Below, one piece after another: positions 41,407-50,895 of a stretch of DNA of 64,000 nucleotides. The position numbers and the translations under genes are program-made. This stretch comes from a virus. Location of the stretch: positions 64,001 through 128,000 of IMG/VR virus record IMGVR_UViG_3300030329_006380; one strand, given 5' to 3'. Under the pieces are notes generated by a model, which saw only the letters and a program-made list of their open reading frames with translations, did not search any database and had not been told where the DNA came from. Within the stretch, counting starts at the first letter, position 1. Each line of letters begins with the position of its first letter.

Positions 41407-42453
41407 CTAATTTGTTGAATTATGGTGGCTTAAAATATATTGTGGTGCCAGAGGTTGCAAATATTTAAATGAATCGGCAACTAAATTAATCCTACCCAAC
41501 AAACAAGGGAACGTACATTGCATTAACATATCAATATTAACTTTTATTCCGGCCGGCAAAGCAGAAAAGGAAAGAGAGGTGGGGGTGGCCGGTGTCGTCG
41601 TCGCGTGGCTGTGGAACATTAGTGCATTATTATATAATGCTTGTGTTTGTATGATATTATCGATAACATTATATATATCATTCAAGGTATCTAACACCGT
41701 ATTACAAAATTCATAAAGATTATTGCCCTTAACTAAGGGCTGTAGCTCCCATTTAGTACCGGGAGTATCCTTGTTGCCGGCTATTAAGTCAATTCCCTCA
41801 GGATGTGCCGCTTCCCAGCCTTGACCCAAAGAGTTTCTCTCATCGGCCCCAGTTATAATTTTAATTCCCGCATCTCGTGAAACCAATCTTATACCGTCAG
41901 CTTTTGCTAATACAAAAGACCTCGGCCAATAATCATTCCCTATTGTCCCTCCGGCCAGCGAATAATCCAAATCCATCCTAGATTTCTGCACAATTTTAAC
42001 ACGTGCAGCGTCCAAAGAAACATGGGGATCTGCATATAGTGGTTCAATCTCAAATTGATCCAGTGCTTTATCGCGAGATTTTGGATCAGAAACTGTTCTA
42101 GCAACAGTAACTTGATTAGTGCGTATCTTAGAATCAACTGTTACTGCACGAACTGCTGGGCCACATGGACCAGCGACTAAATCAATCATGCCGCATAGAG
42201 AGTGGCCCATGCCGCCATACCCAGTCAATCTAGATCCGGGCCTGTCAACACCTAAAGTTATTCTAGCCGTCCTTCTGTCGCTTTCAAGGACTTTTTCTGC
42301 ATCCGCCCTATTATAATAAGGCACTGGCTCAGTCATAAAAGTGCATGCCACTCCCTGAACCCTGCCTTCTATTTCTGCTACTGATCTCTGCACTGGATCC
42401 AATCGATCCGGATCATTAATTTTTTGATAAGTTCCAAAAACTGGATTTGTCAT
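41407..42453 (-). CDS. Baseplate central spike / gp5 C-terminal-like protein
   Basis: Short beta-strand repeats (ADGIRLVSRDAGIKIITG, GIDLIAGN), a coiled coil, and a distal HxH (FHSHAT) typical of metal-binding spike tips. Confidence 0.6.
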   Translation of the reverse strand: MTNPVFGTYQKINDPDRLDPVQRSVAEIEGRVQGVACTFMTEPVPYYNRADAEKVLESDRRTARITLGVDRPGSRLTGYGGMGHSLCGMIDLVAGPCGPAVRAVTVDSKIRTNQVTVARTVSDPKSRDKALDQFEIEPLYADPHVSLDAARVKIVQKSRMDLDYSLAGGTIGNDYWPRSFVLAKADGIRLVSRDAGIKIITGADERNSLGQGWEAAHPEGIDLIAGNKDTPGTKWELQPLVKGNNLYEFCNTVLDTLNDIYNVIDNIIQTQALYNNALMFHSHATTTPATPTSLSFSALPAGIKVNIDMLMQCTFPCLLGRINLVADSFKYLQPLAPQYILSHHNSTN

Positions 42454-42468
42454 CTTTTCTCCTCATCA

Positions 42469-42475
42469 TAATTAG
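42469..42475 (-). promoter_or_regulatory. Putative late promoter motif CTAATTA
   Basis: In the AT-rich gap upstream of the spike-like gene RBS (GAGGAG). Confidence 0.35.
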
Positions 42476-42489
42476 AATATATTTAAATA

Positions 42490-43800
42490 TTACGGCCGGA
42501 TTATCTGAACATAGTTATCCGGCCATGTCAAAACTTCACGTGTTCCAACATACCATGGCTGTTTAAGAGACTTTTGACTACTAGGATTTCCCGGATCTGG
42601 CTGGACCGATACGTGCTGAAATACGCACCTATCTCCATCTTGACATGTTCCTCCCAGTCTAACCGGTACATTTTTCCTAGTTACTGAGCCCAAAGCAAAA
42701 TCTGTGACTTTGGGCTTGGGATTTCTTACTTGACCCTTTGCCCACGACATCGTTAAGTTCATCATTTTAGATTTTTTATTAATTGTTTCTGACAGGGTCC
42801 AAGATTGAAGTTTTGCTCGCCATGATGTGCGATGTGTAGAGCACTTATCTGTTCCATGGCTCTTTGCACCTTTAGCGCAGAATTTACCAGACGCCAACCA
42901 AAGAGGGTTAATTGGTTGCGAATACGCTCGAATTGTCTTATAATAAGAACTACCATAGCTGTTACCACGAAGTTTAAAAATAACAAATTTTAAGGCCATA
43001 GACCATAGAGTCAAATCTAGATGACCACCTTCTCCAACAAGCATCTTGGCGGCCCAAAATATATCTGCATCTGTAAGCTGATAATTGATTTTTCTATCAG
43101 AAGTAATTATTCTCCCCCATTTCCCATCGAACCCTAAACGTCGGGCTTCCTGCAGATCGGCGGCGGGGATTGATGGAGGAGGAATTGTTGCAGTAATTGG
43201 GCCGGATTGTCTTCCAGAAGTTGAGGAACCCCCCGCAGTACCTATAACATTTGTTCTTTTCAGTCCTGCCGCGGCTTCGGCACCTAGATATAATGGGTCT
43301 TCTCTGGTAGCGAGATTCCCGAATCTAACACGAACTATTTGACCGGGGTTTGGTATTTCCACAGAATCAGATTGCGCATAAAAAGTTGGATACATATCAA
43401 TTATTGGATGCCAACATTTCGAAATCTTCTTACCGGTAAGTTTTGATAAACAATCTTCACTGCCGGTAAATACTGGTACCGGCAACATATAATGTAATTC
43501 TGGGATTCTAACTTTAACGGCGACTAGTGTTGGCGGAGTAGAAGACTTACCTCTATATTTTTTCATTGGAAAGGAACCGGGCTCATAAGGAAACTTAGAA
43601 TTATTTGAACTGCCTAGCGATTGTTCTACACGCAATACCACACCAACAAAATCTTCTCTTTTGCTGGTAATATCATGATTGTGTTGGTCCTCGGCTATCT
43701 TTTTAGAAGTATTAACAAAATTAGTGTTATTGTTCTTTCTGTGACCAAACTTACTAGCCTTAGTGGGGTTGATAATTGAGTCTAAATTTTCAATGCTCAT
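42490..43800 (-). CDS. gp5-like OB-fold hub protein with putative SleB/Hydrolase_2-like cell-wall hydrolase
   Basis: N-domain FVGVVLRVE...VKVRIPELH...PNPGQIVRVRF...DPLYLG. The C-domain DIFWAAKMLVGEGG resembles the SleB catalytic 'LA..I..EA' helix. Confidence 0.5.
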   Translation of the reverse strand: MSIENLDSIINPTKASKFGHRKNNNTNFVNTSKKIAEDQHNHDITSKREDFVGVVLRVEQSLGSSNNSKFPYEPGSFPMKKYRGKSSTPPTLVAVKVRIPELHYMLPVPVFTGSEDCLSKLTGKKISKCWHPIIDMYPTFYAQSDSVEIPNPGQIVRVRFGNLATREDPLYLGAEAAAGLKRTNVIGTAGGSSTSGRQSGPITATIPPPSIPAADLQEARRLGFDGKWGRIITSDRKINYQLTDADIFWAAKMLVGEGGHLDLTLWSMALKFVIFKLRGNSYGSSYYKTIRAYSQPINPLWLASGKFCAKGAKSHGTDKCSTHRTSWRAKLQSWTLSETINKKSKMMNLTMSWAKGQVRNPKPKVTDFALGSVTRKNVPVRLGGTCQDGDRCVFQHVSVQPDPGNPSSQKSLKQPWYVGTREVLTWPDNYVQIIRP

Positions 43801-43809
43801 GATATGTTC

Positions 43810-45483
43810 CTAAGCCTTCACGCTCGATGCATTTGGAGAAGAAGTTTTATTATATGTTATTTCATTGCTTTTCTTCCAATATAATTCTAAACCTGGAGTG
43901 GGAGCAATTCTTTTTCCCGTTGCCCCTGAAGTTGTATGAGTGGTTATTGTCGCGGCCATATGTATTCCGGAGACCTCTACCTCTATCCATCCATATTCCT
44001 GTCCAACATCGCTCTGTAATCTCCTTCGAACCATGCTGCGAAGATGGAAGCCGGCCTGTGCTTTTTTTGAAACGGTGGCGATAAATAATTTTGCGCAAGG
44101 GTCAGGATGGGTCTTTACTCTCATGAATTCGCCTGTTTTTTTCCATCCATATGGCTGAGTTTCTCCGCGGCCGATGAATCTAGGCTGCGAAAAATTAAAT
44201 ATTGGACTCGTAGCACAGCGGCCGCGTGGAACAAATTTTGCACCAGATGATGGTGTGGATGTACCAGATTCACGCTTTGGGGGCCCAGGGCGGCCCTTAC
44301 AATAAGGGTTACCATCATAAGATTGTTTCGACGAGCGGGCGGATTCAGCAACCGATGGATCGCCCTTAAACTCAAAATGCATAGAATCAACATACCCCTT
44401 CCAGTCGCCGCCCCAACTAAATCCATACCTCTTAAATGCTGCTATCACACACTCCGGAAGATCATAAATTAATACACCTTGTTTTGCGGGGTTTTGTGCA
44501 GGATTAATGTCAATTGCTGTTCCCCATGCATGATTACTAATACCTATCTTGCAATCATTAGGAAACGTACCTTGATGTCTCATGCACCTGCAGGCATACG
44601 TTCCGGGTCCCGGAAGGCCTTGATAGAATTTATAATTCTGAGCTTCTTGGCACATGGCTATATCTGCTTCCACCATCTCAAAAGCAGCAGCAGCAGCGGG
44701 ATTAACCGGTATTTTTCTATTCCTAAAATTCACGTTTGCCCTTTTACCTTTACATGGTGCACCATAAAATTGATCTCTCATTTGGGCGTTTCTTACAACT
44801 ACCGGAACACGTGGATAACTACCACATGTCGCAGCCGGAATATTGGCTCCGCCGCCCGGTATTCCTCCGCCTCCGCCTCCGCGGCCAACCCCATAGCTTC
44901 TTGCGCCACCGGTGGTTGCAACCGTTGGAGCAAAGTACTTAGTTTCGGAGCTTATATATATGGGATCGGTGCCGGCATTAAAATTTCGGAATGTTACACG
45001 TACAAGTTCTCCGGGATCTGGGGTTGGGAGATCACTGGTTTCCGCATAAAAAGTTGGATATAGGTCTATTATCGGGTGATGACATTTCTTTACTGTGTCT
45101 TTATCGCTACATGGCTCTGACCCCAATTGGTTTGGGACAGGAAGCATGGCATGGATCTCCGGTATCCGAACTTTAATCGCAACTAATTGCGGGGCTGTCT
45201 CACCACGATATTTTTTAGTCATCAGTGATCCTGGCTCAAAGGGCCATGAAGAATCACCAACAGTATTAGTTTCCACCCTTAAAACCATCCCAACATAGAA
45301 CTTTCTTTTTTTTGTTGTATCCTTTGTGTATTGAGCTTCCGCTAGTTCTTTAACTGAGGAAGTATATTTCTTGCCTCGCGTATGTCGCGGGCCATATTTA
45401 GACGGCGCATCATGCGTTATGTGCGATTCTAAAAATGATTTATCACTTACCATTTCGTGATATCCCCATAAATCTAAGACCAA
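43810..45483 (-). CDS. gp5-like OB-fold hub protein with M15-family Zn peptidoglycan peptidase
   Basis: Same N-domain, a Gly-rich linker, then R...SNHAWGTAIDIN and WGGDW...DSMHFE. The true start may be MVSDK at 45453. Confidence 0.82.
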   Translation of the reverse strand: MVLDLWGYHEMVSDKSFLESHITHDAPSKYGPRHTRGKKYTSSVKELAEAQYTKDTTKKRKFYVGMVLRVETNTVGDSSWPFEPGSLMTKKYRGETAPQLVAIKVRIPEIHAMLPVPNQLGSEPCSDKDTVKKCHHPIIDLYPTFYAETSDLPTPDPGELVRVTFRNFNAGTDPIYISSETKYFAPTVATTGGARSYGVGRGGGGGGIPGGGANIPAATCGSYPRVPVVVRNAQMRDQFYGAPCKGKRANVNFRNRKIPVNPAAAAAFEMVEADIAMCQEAQNYKFYQGLPGPGTYACRCMRHQGTFPNDCKIGISNHAWGTAIDINPAQNPAKQGVLIYDLPECVIAAFKRYGFSWGGDWKGYVDSMHFEFKGDPSVAESARSSKQSYDGNPYCKGRPGPPKRESGTSTPSSGAKFVPRGRCATSPIFNFSQPRFIGRGETQPYGWKKTGEFMRVKTHPDPCAKLFIATVSKKAQAGFHLRSMVRRRLQSDVGQEYGWIEVEVSGIHMAATITTHTTSGATGKRIAPTPGLELYWKKSNEITYNKTSSPNASSVKA

Positions 45484-46772
45484 TCAACTATGCCATTACT
45501 AACTCTCTGGCAGCGTTCTATCATTTTTTCATAAGCGGCGCGTGGTGGAAGACCCCTTGATCTAAAATAAGTATATGTCATTTGCGTAGTACCATCTGCT
45601 CTGCGAGAAGGCGATATGTGAGAGTGCGCCAATAGGCCTGGCGGGGGTGGATTTGACCGGGACCAATCTCCCTTAATAGTATAGTCTGTACCATTAAGAC
45701 CCACCCACCTCATCGGTGTAGAAGTCTGACCAGTGACTTGTCTAACAATCGTCCACGCTGATTCATAAGAAGCTAGCGGAGGTACCGGATATGTTCTAGA
45801 AATCCAATGTGAAAAATTATAAATTCGTACCGGAACCTTCTCTACGCTTTGATATGTTTTCCTATGCCACCCTTGTAAAGCTCTTGCTTGGAATGGATTA
45901 ACGACTTCGAAGCCAACAGATCTAGGGTTGTATAAACTCCCTGCGTGAACGCCCCATTGGTCATAACTAGCTAAATTCCACAGTTTTCCATCCCATCCAA
46001 CATAATGGTGCAAAAAACCCGATTTACTGTTATTGACATAATTAATACTCTTCCCAGCATGCATTGGGCCGCCAGTTTCATGCATAACTAACCACACCAC
46101 ATCGCTTGTAGCTCTCTGATATGTTCGGTTCCATCCTGTAAACCCTTCAGGGAGGACTGCGCCCTGAAAATTCTTCCAATTTCCCGAAACGGTCTTGACT
46201 GCGCCATACGCAGATACAGAAGTTCCATCACCAATGGCCATCCTTAGGTTCCCTGTCTCCGGCGATAAATAAACCGGATCTTTAAAATTATTTAAATCAC
46301 CATATTTAACCCTAACAATATCACCGGGTGCTGGAGTTGGGACCCCCGGATTGATTGCATAAAAGGTAGGATACAAATCAATAATAGGGTGGTGACATCT
46401 TTTTAAAATATTTCTATTTCTTTTCCCAGTGCAATCAGTGGCTGGTCCTCCAGAGGGAATGGATGGCACTGGTAGCATGGTGTGAAGCTCTGGGATACGA
46501 ACTTTTATCGCAACCAATTTGGGAGGAGTCCCTGTTTTAGCGCGATATTTCTTAAGAGGCATTGAGCCAGGTTCGTATTCTCCCTCTCCACTAGTACTAG
46601 CTTCAACACGAAGAACGATGCCGCAAAAAGTACCCTGTTTATCAGTGGCATCATTTTGAAATGCCTTTTCATTGGTTTTTTTTGCAGATTTTACAAAATC
46701 TGTATTAACATCATCTCGCGGCCCGTATTTCGGAGCATCGAACCAGTTTAAGAAGGTATCTAAAACCGACAT
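45474..46772 (-). CDS. gp5-like OB-fold hub protein with N-acetylmuramoyl-L-alanine amidase (Amidase_2)
   Basis: Same N-domain, then LVMHETGG, HHYVGWDG, HAG..NPRSVGFEVVN and LLAHSHI...D. Confidence 0.82.
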   Translation of the reverse strand: MSVLDTFLNWFDAPKYGPRDDVNTDFVKSAKKTNEKAFQNDATDKQGTFCGIVLRVEASTSGEGEYEPGSMPLKKYRAKTGTPPKLVAIKVRIPELHTMLPVPSIPSGGPATDCTGKRNRNILKRCHHPIIDLYPTFYAINPGVPTPAPGDIVRVKYGDLNNFKDPVYLSPETGNLRMAIGDGTSVSAYGAVKTVSGNWKNFQGAVLPEGFTGWNRTYQRATSDVVWLVMHETGGPMHAGKSINYVNNSKSGFLHHYVGWDGKLWNLASYDQWGVHAGSLYNPRSVGFEVVNPFQARALQGWHRKTYQSVEKVPVRIYNFSHWISRTYPVPPLASYESAWTIVRQVTGQTSTPMRWVGLNGTDYTIKGDWSRSNPPPPGLLAHSHISPSRRADGTTQMTYTYFRSRGLPPRAAYEKMIERCQRVSNGIVDWS

Positions 46773-47074
46773 TATTCTCCGCCTTGAATTATCTCAAATA
46801 GTTCATCGCGATCCTCGTTGGTCAACTCATTTGAAGCATCTTTTTTCTTCTGCAACAAGGAAGCTAATTTAACCAACTGTTCATTTGAACGCTGCAGTGT
46901 CTCTACATATTTTGCTGCGATCAGGCCGACGCCTCTATGGTTTTCATCTGATTTCTTTATATAGGCCAAAAGATCGACCAACAATGTTTTTGTTAACGAG
47001 CGATCTTCATGGATATTTTCTACGGCCTCTTTTATAAATTCTTCAGTGCTTTTTAAATCTTTCCCGTATCCCAT
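46772..47074 (-). CDS. Small helical hypothetical protein (100 aa)
   Basis: AKYVETLQRSNEQLVKL; TAATG-coupled to the amidase gene. Confidence 0.65.
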   Translation of the reverse strand: MGYGKDLKSTEEFIKEAVENIHEDRSLTKTLLVDLLAYIKKSDENHRGVGLIAAKYVETLQRSNEQLVKLASLLQKKKDASNELTNEDRDELFEIIQGGE

Positions 47075-47763
47075 TTCTTTTTAAATTCCCTATATCGTGC
47101 GCGGAGCTTGTTAAGGTTATTGACAATCTGTTTTGTGTTAAGTCCTGTAAGTTCTCGCAAGTATAGATAAATAGCCTTTTTATTGAAAATTTCTATTTCG
47201 TCACAGCTTTTAAGAAGTATTTTAACAGCCTCAAGTACTTTCTTTTCATTCTCCTTTAAAGAGCCAGTATCCCAAGTTTCGATCTCCGTCCATAGGTAAT
47301 GCCAGAATTCTGCTTCTTCGCGCCATGTGTCATATTCATTATATACAACCATATTATCTGATGCAGGTTCCTCCATGAAATAGTCTTCATAAAGCACCTC
47401 TCTCTTGTTTCTTTTAGAAGTTTTCTTAACCTCGTGAATAAACCAATTTTTTGTAATTACACTGAAATAGGAAAATGCCTTTGATCCCTTGTTCGGATCA
47501 TATTTGTCCAATATTGTTGTTAACCAGATTTTACAATCTTCCCGAAGACAGTCGATATTCGGAAGTGTTGTAAATTTGTAAGTATATACGATTTTATCAA
47601 CCATTTCGCTAAACACAGGCCCAATAAATTTAATATATAAATCACTTCGAATATCGGCATCTTCTGTATTAGCATATGCTACTATTGCATCTTCATGCAC
47701 TTGAGTGAAGTACTGCTTCTTCTTGCTCCGTCGGCGCCGGGTCTTCCTCTTCTTCTCTGTCAT
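47053..47763 (-). CDS. Phage RNA polymerase sigma factor (sigma-70 region 2, gp55-like)
   Basis: YFTQVHEDAIVAY...MVDKIVYTYKF...DKYDPNKGSKAFSYFSVITKNWFI; GAGGAG RBS. Confidence 0.8.
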   Translation of the reverse strand: MTEKKRKTRRRRSKKKQYFTQVHEDAIVAYANTEDADIRSDLYIKFIGPVFSEMVDKIVYTYKFTTLPNIDCLREDCKIWLTTILDKYDPNKGSKAFSYFSVITKNWFIHEVKKTSKRNKREVLYEDYFMEEPASDNMVVYNEYDTWREEAEFWHYLWTEIETWDTGSLKENEKKVLEAVKILLKSCDEIEIFNKKAIYLYLRELTGLNTKQIVNNLNKLRARYREFKKKWDTGKI

Positions 47764-48070
47764 CTATTAACTCCTCTGAGGTCTCTAAGTCCTCCTCGGT
47801 TAAAGAAAATATTTCTTCAAATTTATCTATCTCATCTACTAAAAATCTTGAATGCTCTAACATCGCCATAATTGTTTCATCGCCATAAAACAGTTCCATC
47901 TCAGATAACGCTGTAAGATGTTGTTTAAAATCCAAAACAACGTCCATCAAGTGGCCTATGTTTTTAGAAACAAACACTAGTTTATCAATAGTGCCTCTTA
48001 TGTACCACACCAATAATATATTTATTGCCGATGATAGAATTAACAATAAACTGATTATAAAAATAGTCAT
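47693..48070 (-). CDS. Hypothetical protein with N-terminal TM helix and acidic tail
   Basis: MTIFIISLLLILSSAINILLVWY; ATGA overlap with upstream gene. Confidence 0.65.
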   Translation of the reverse strand: MTIFIISLLLILSSAINILLVWYIRGTIDKLVFVSKNIGHLMDVVLDFKQHLTALSEMELFYGDETIMAMLEHSRFLVDEIDKFEEIFSLTEEDLETSEELIDDREEEEDPAPTEQEEAVLHSSA

Positions 48071-48336
48071 TCCGGTTTATACTCCTGTTTTCTCAAATTT
48101 TGACGTTCTTCTTGTAGTTCCCCCTTTGCATCCTCAATGAATTCTCTCACGAGATCCCCTGTTCTAGTAAGTCTTGACTGTTGTTCAGATTTGGTAAAAA
48201 TAGACGCTACAGGAGGAATTTTCAGCAAATTACCGTCTTCAAGGCAGTTGGGGCAACATTGATGTATATCAGACATCGAATGGCGTTTTTGGTGAACAAA
48301 ATCGCATTTTTGACATTGGTATGTATATCTGGGCAT
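48067..48336 (-). CDS. FmdB-like zinc-ribbon protein
   Basis: MPRYTYQCQKC...CPNC. Confidence 0.8.
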   Translation of the reverse strand: MPRYTYQCQKCDFVHQKRHSMSDIHQCCPNCLEDGNLLKIPPVASIFTKSEQQSRLTRTGDLVREFIEDAKGELQEERQNLRKQEYKPE

Positions 48337-48339
48337 GGG

Positions 48340-48525
48340 TTAATTATATTGTTCCCCTTCATCAATGTCAAATTTAACTTTAGGAGGGTTAGTTACAACT
48401 ATCTCACTATTCTCATCAATTTCTAATTCAAATCCTTTAAGGGTGCGGGTTACATCTGAGCGCTCCAGTATTGCTTTCTGTAATGCTAGCATAACTGCTC
48501 CCAGTGCTTGATCTGATAATTTCAT
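48340..48525 (-). CDS. Small hypothetical protein (61 aa)
   Basis: Start MKLSDQAL at 48525, with ATGA overlap and GGAG RBS. Confidence 0.65.
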   Translation of the reverse strand: MKLSDQALGAVMLALQKAILERSDVTRTLKGFELEIDENSEIVVTNPPKVKFDIDEGEQYN

Positions 48526-49400
48526 TCTCTCTCCTTTAATTTTTGAAAACAAGAGTTTATCCCCTGTTCAATATTTATTTTTGTTTTCCATCCCAACGAC
48601 TCTAGAGGAGCAATATCTGCTCTGGTCTCCCTTACGTCTCCACTCCTCTCTGATATGCGCGAGAACGTCACATTTGGAAAATATTTATTAACAATCGACG
48701 CTACCTCATTTAGAGATATATTACTACCAGTTGCTGTATCATAGTGGCGACCTTTGAAATTGCCCTTGTAATTCATACAGAAAATATTAGCAGATACAAC
48801 ATCAGAAACATGAATCATATCTCGGCGCTGATCTCCGGCGCCAGTAATATATGGATCTTTCCCCTTTCGAATGTAATCCATAAAATTAGCAATTGCCGTT
48901 GCATATGGACCATCGACCTCCTGATCCTCTGAGTATACATTAAAGTAACGAAGAGATACTGTATCTAAGCCATAAACATCAGAATAGTTTTTACATAAAA
49001 TCTCTGGTATTAATTTTGATGCGCCATATGGGCTGGTTGGCCCATCTCCATTGCCAACTACAGATGAAGAACTAGAGTAAATCACCCTCTTGGCACCATT
49101 CTTTCTGGCGTATTCCAGAATTCGAATTGTGGAAAGAACGTTGTTCTCTAAGACCTCCTCGGGAAATTCCATGCTATATGGAACTCGTGGAATCGCCGCA
49201 AGGTGAAAAATGTACTCTGGTCTGAAGCACTTATATCTTTTGTGATTTAAGTCATGAATTATATCCAGCCCATCTTTTAAATCAATACCTCGAACAACGC
49301 AACCCATCTTCTTCAAGGCTTTGTAAACACGAGATCCAATATATCCTCTATATCCTGTTACTAAACATCTAATAGCCATATAGTCACAATTTATATCCAT
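48522..49400 (-). CDS. NAD-dependent nucleotide-sugar epimerase/dehydratase (extended SDR)
   Basis: VTGYRGYIGS, HLAA, SSSS, YGASK and LRYFNVY. Confidence 0.9.
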   Translation of the reverse strand: MDINCDYMAIRCLVTGYRGYIGSRVYKALKKMGCVVRGIDLKDGLDIIHDLNHKRYKCFRPEYIFHLAAIPRVPYSMEFPEEVLENNVLSTIRILEYARKNGAKRVIYSSSSSVVGNGDGPTSPYGASKLIPEILCKNYSDVYGLDTVSLRYFNVYSEDQEVDGPYATAIANFMDYIRKGKDPYITGAGDQRRDMIHVSDVVSANIFCMNYKGNFKGRHYDTATGSNISLNEVASIVNKYFPNVTFSRISERSGDVRETRADIAPLESLGWKTKINIEQGINSCFQKLKERE

Positions 49401-50005
49401 TTGAAGTTAATATTTTTTAAGTTCTCCTCTTGAACGCGGCGCTTAATCTCTTCTGTGGCCGGCCTCAAGGATGGAATCTTTTTCTCGTGGGTCTCAACAA
49501 AGACATAGGGGATATCATGCAAAGCCCCATTATCCAATAAATGCTCTAGGAGATCACACTCAGCACCCTCGATATCTATTTTTAAGACCTGTATATTCTT
49601 TTTAAATTTATTCTTAATTTTCTGAATTATTCGATTGAGATCAATCGTTTTGACTTCTACATAATCATCAATGTTAACGTTGCTCTTCTCACTCACCAAG
49701 GAACTCCCAGTAGAATATTTTAAAGGATCTTCTGGTGATTTCTGGTGCATATATAACTTTGAAACTCCGTCACTAGAAGAAACTGCCGCTTTAAAACACC
49801 TTACATTGCGATTATTCTTAAATCGATTAGACAATACATCAAAAGCTCTATCATTCGGCTCATAAGCTAACACTATTGCTCCATGATTTATAAATAAATT
49901 TGTAATATCGCCGATATTTGCACCACAATCAATAACAATATCGCCTGAGTTTATAATCACGTCAACGAGGCTATTATCTTTAAGCTTTACTTGCAACACA
50001 CTCAT
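49391..50005 (-). CDS. FkbM-family SAM methyltransferase
   Basis: VIDCGANIG, AYEPN and LKIDIEGAE. Confidence 0.9.
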   Translation of the reverse strand: MSVLQVKLKDNSLVDVIINSGDIVIDCGANIGDITNLFINHGAIVLAYEPNDRAFDVLSNRFKNNRNVRCFKAAVSSSDGVSKLYMHQKSPEDPLKYSTGSSLVSEKSNVNIDDYVEVKTIDLNRIIQKIKNKFKKNIQVLKIDIEGAECDLLEHLLDNGALHDIPYVFVETHEKKIPSLRPATEEIKRRVQEENLKNINFKWI

Positions 50006-50895
50006 TGTTTCTCCCGCGATATCATCATACTTCTGGCTATTTTTTTAGTATACCCGTTGAGCCATGGCTCTAAGTTTTCTCTACAGGTTATAGCTATAGC
50101 ATCTTCGTTTTTAATATTTTCATAAATGCCACGATTGAATCCATCTGTCTGGACGATATGGGTTGGTTTATACCCCAGTTTTGCAAAGAGTTCAGGTTGT
50201 GGTCTGGGCGTTGCAACAATGTAGCTACACCTAAAACCGATATCAAAATATTTTCTCAAAATATTTTCAAAATCATTGTTTTCTGAATATTCTGACGGGT
50301 GGATTTCCAAAAGTATGTGAGTTTCCCCCATATTTTTTTTAAAATATTCATACCCTCCGTTAAAGACTGACACCTCGTGACCCTCAATATCCATTTTTAT
50401 GAAATTGGGGTATCTTCTATTTTGAAAAAATGTTTCTAGTGTGAAGCATTCAACTGTCTCTTCCCTCACACTGTGTTTGGTTTTATTAATACTGTTTAAG
50501 TTTGGCTGTCGTGCAATCCAAAAAGATGATTCCCCATCATGGTCGGATATTAAACACTTATTAAGCTCGCAACGATCTGGTGTTAGATATCCATTTTTTT
50601 TAATATTTGTTTTTAAAAATTTCAAATTATGGGCGTCAGGCTCAATGGCGTAAACAAAGCCAGAAAACCCACTATTCCTGAGCATGATCATTGTAGCGTA
50701 GCCTATATTGGCGCCCAGATCTAAACATGTCATACCAGGCTTGACCGTCTTATTCATGATAGCCATAAAGGCGCACTCTCGTGAAAAAGAAAAACCTTTG
50801 CCATCAGTGTGCGAATAATACAGAGTGCTTCCAATACCGCCATCATTAATGTCTAGAATCCATTTAAAATCATCAACTTCTTTTCTATATAACAT
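50002..50895 (-). CDS. FkbM-family SAM methyltransferase
   Basis: LDLGANIGY, AIEPD and IKMDIEGHE. Confidence 0.9.
   Translation of the reverse strand: MLYRKEVDDFKWILDINDGGIGSTLYYSHTDGKGFSFSRECAFMAIMNKTVKPGMTCLDLGANIGYATMIMLRNSGFSGFVYAIEPDAHNLKFLKTNIKKNGYLTPDRCELNKCLISDHDGESSFWIARQPNLNSINKTKHSVREETVECFTLETFFQNRRYPNFIKMDIEGHEVSVFNGGYEYFKKNMGETHILLEIHPSEYSENNDFENILRKYFDIGFRCSYIVATPRPQPELFAKLGYKPTHIVQTDGFNRGIYENIKNEDAIAITCRENLEPWLNGYTKKIARSMMISREKQ

Noticed and set aside
44840-44900. GC-rich CCGCCT short repeat
   Set aside because: It simply encodes the poly-Gly linker (GRGGGGGGIPGGG) between the hub and peptidase domains.
28775-46772. Bacterial eCIS/T6SS/tailocin rather than a phage
   Set aside because: Terminase, primase, RuvC and a phage sigma factor are on the same strand and operon; no host genes are present.
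46772-47074. Small terminase or sigma co-activator identity for the 100-aa helical protein
   Set aside because: Size and helicity fit, but no diagnostic motif supports either; left as hypothetical.
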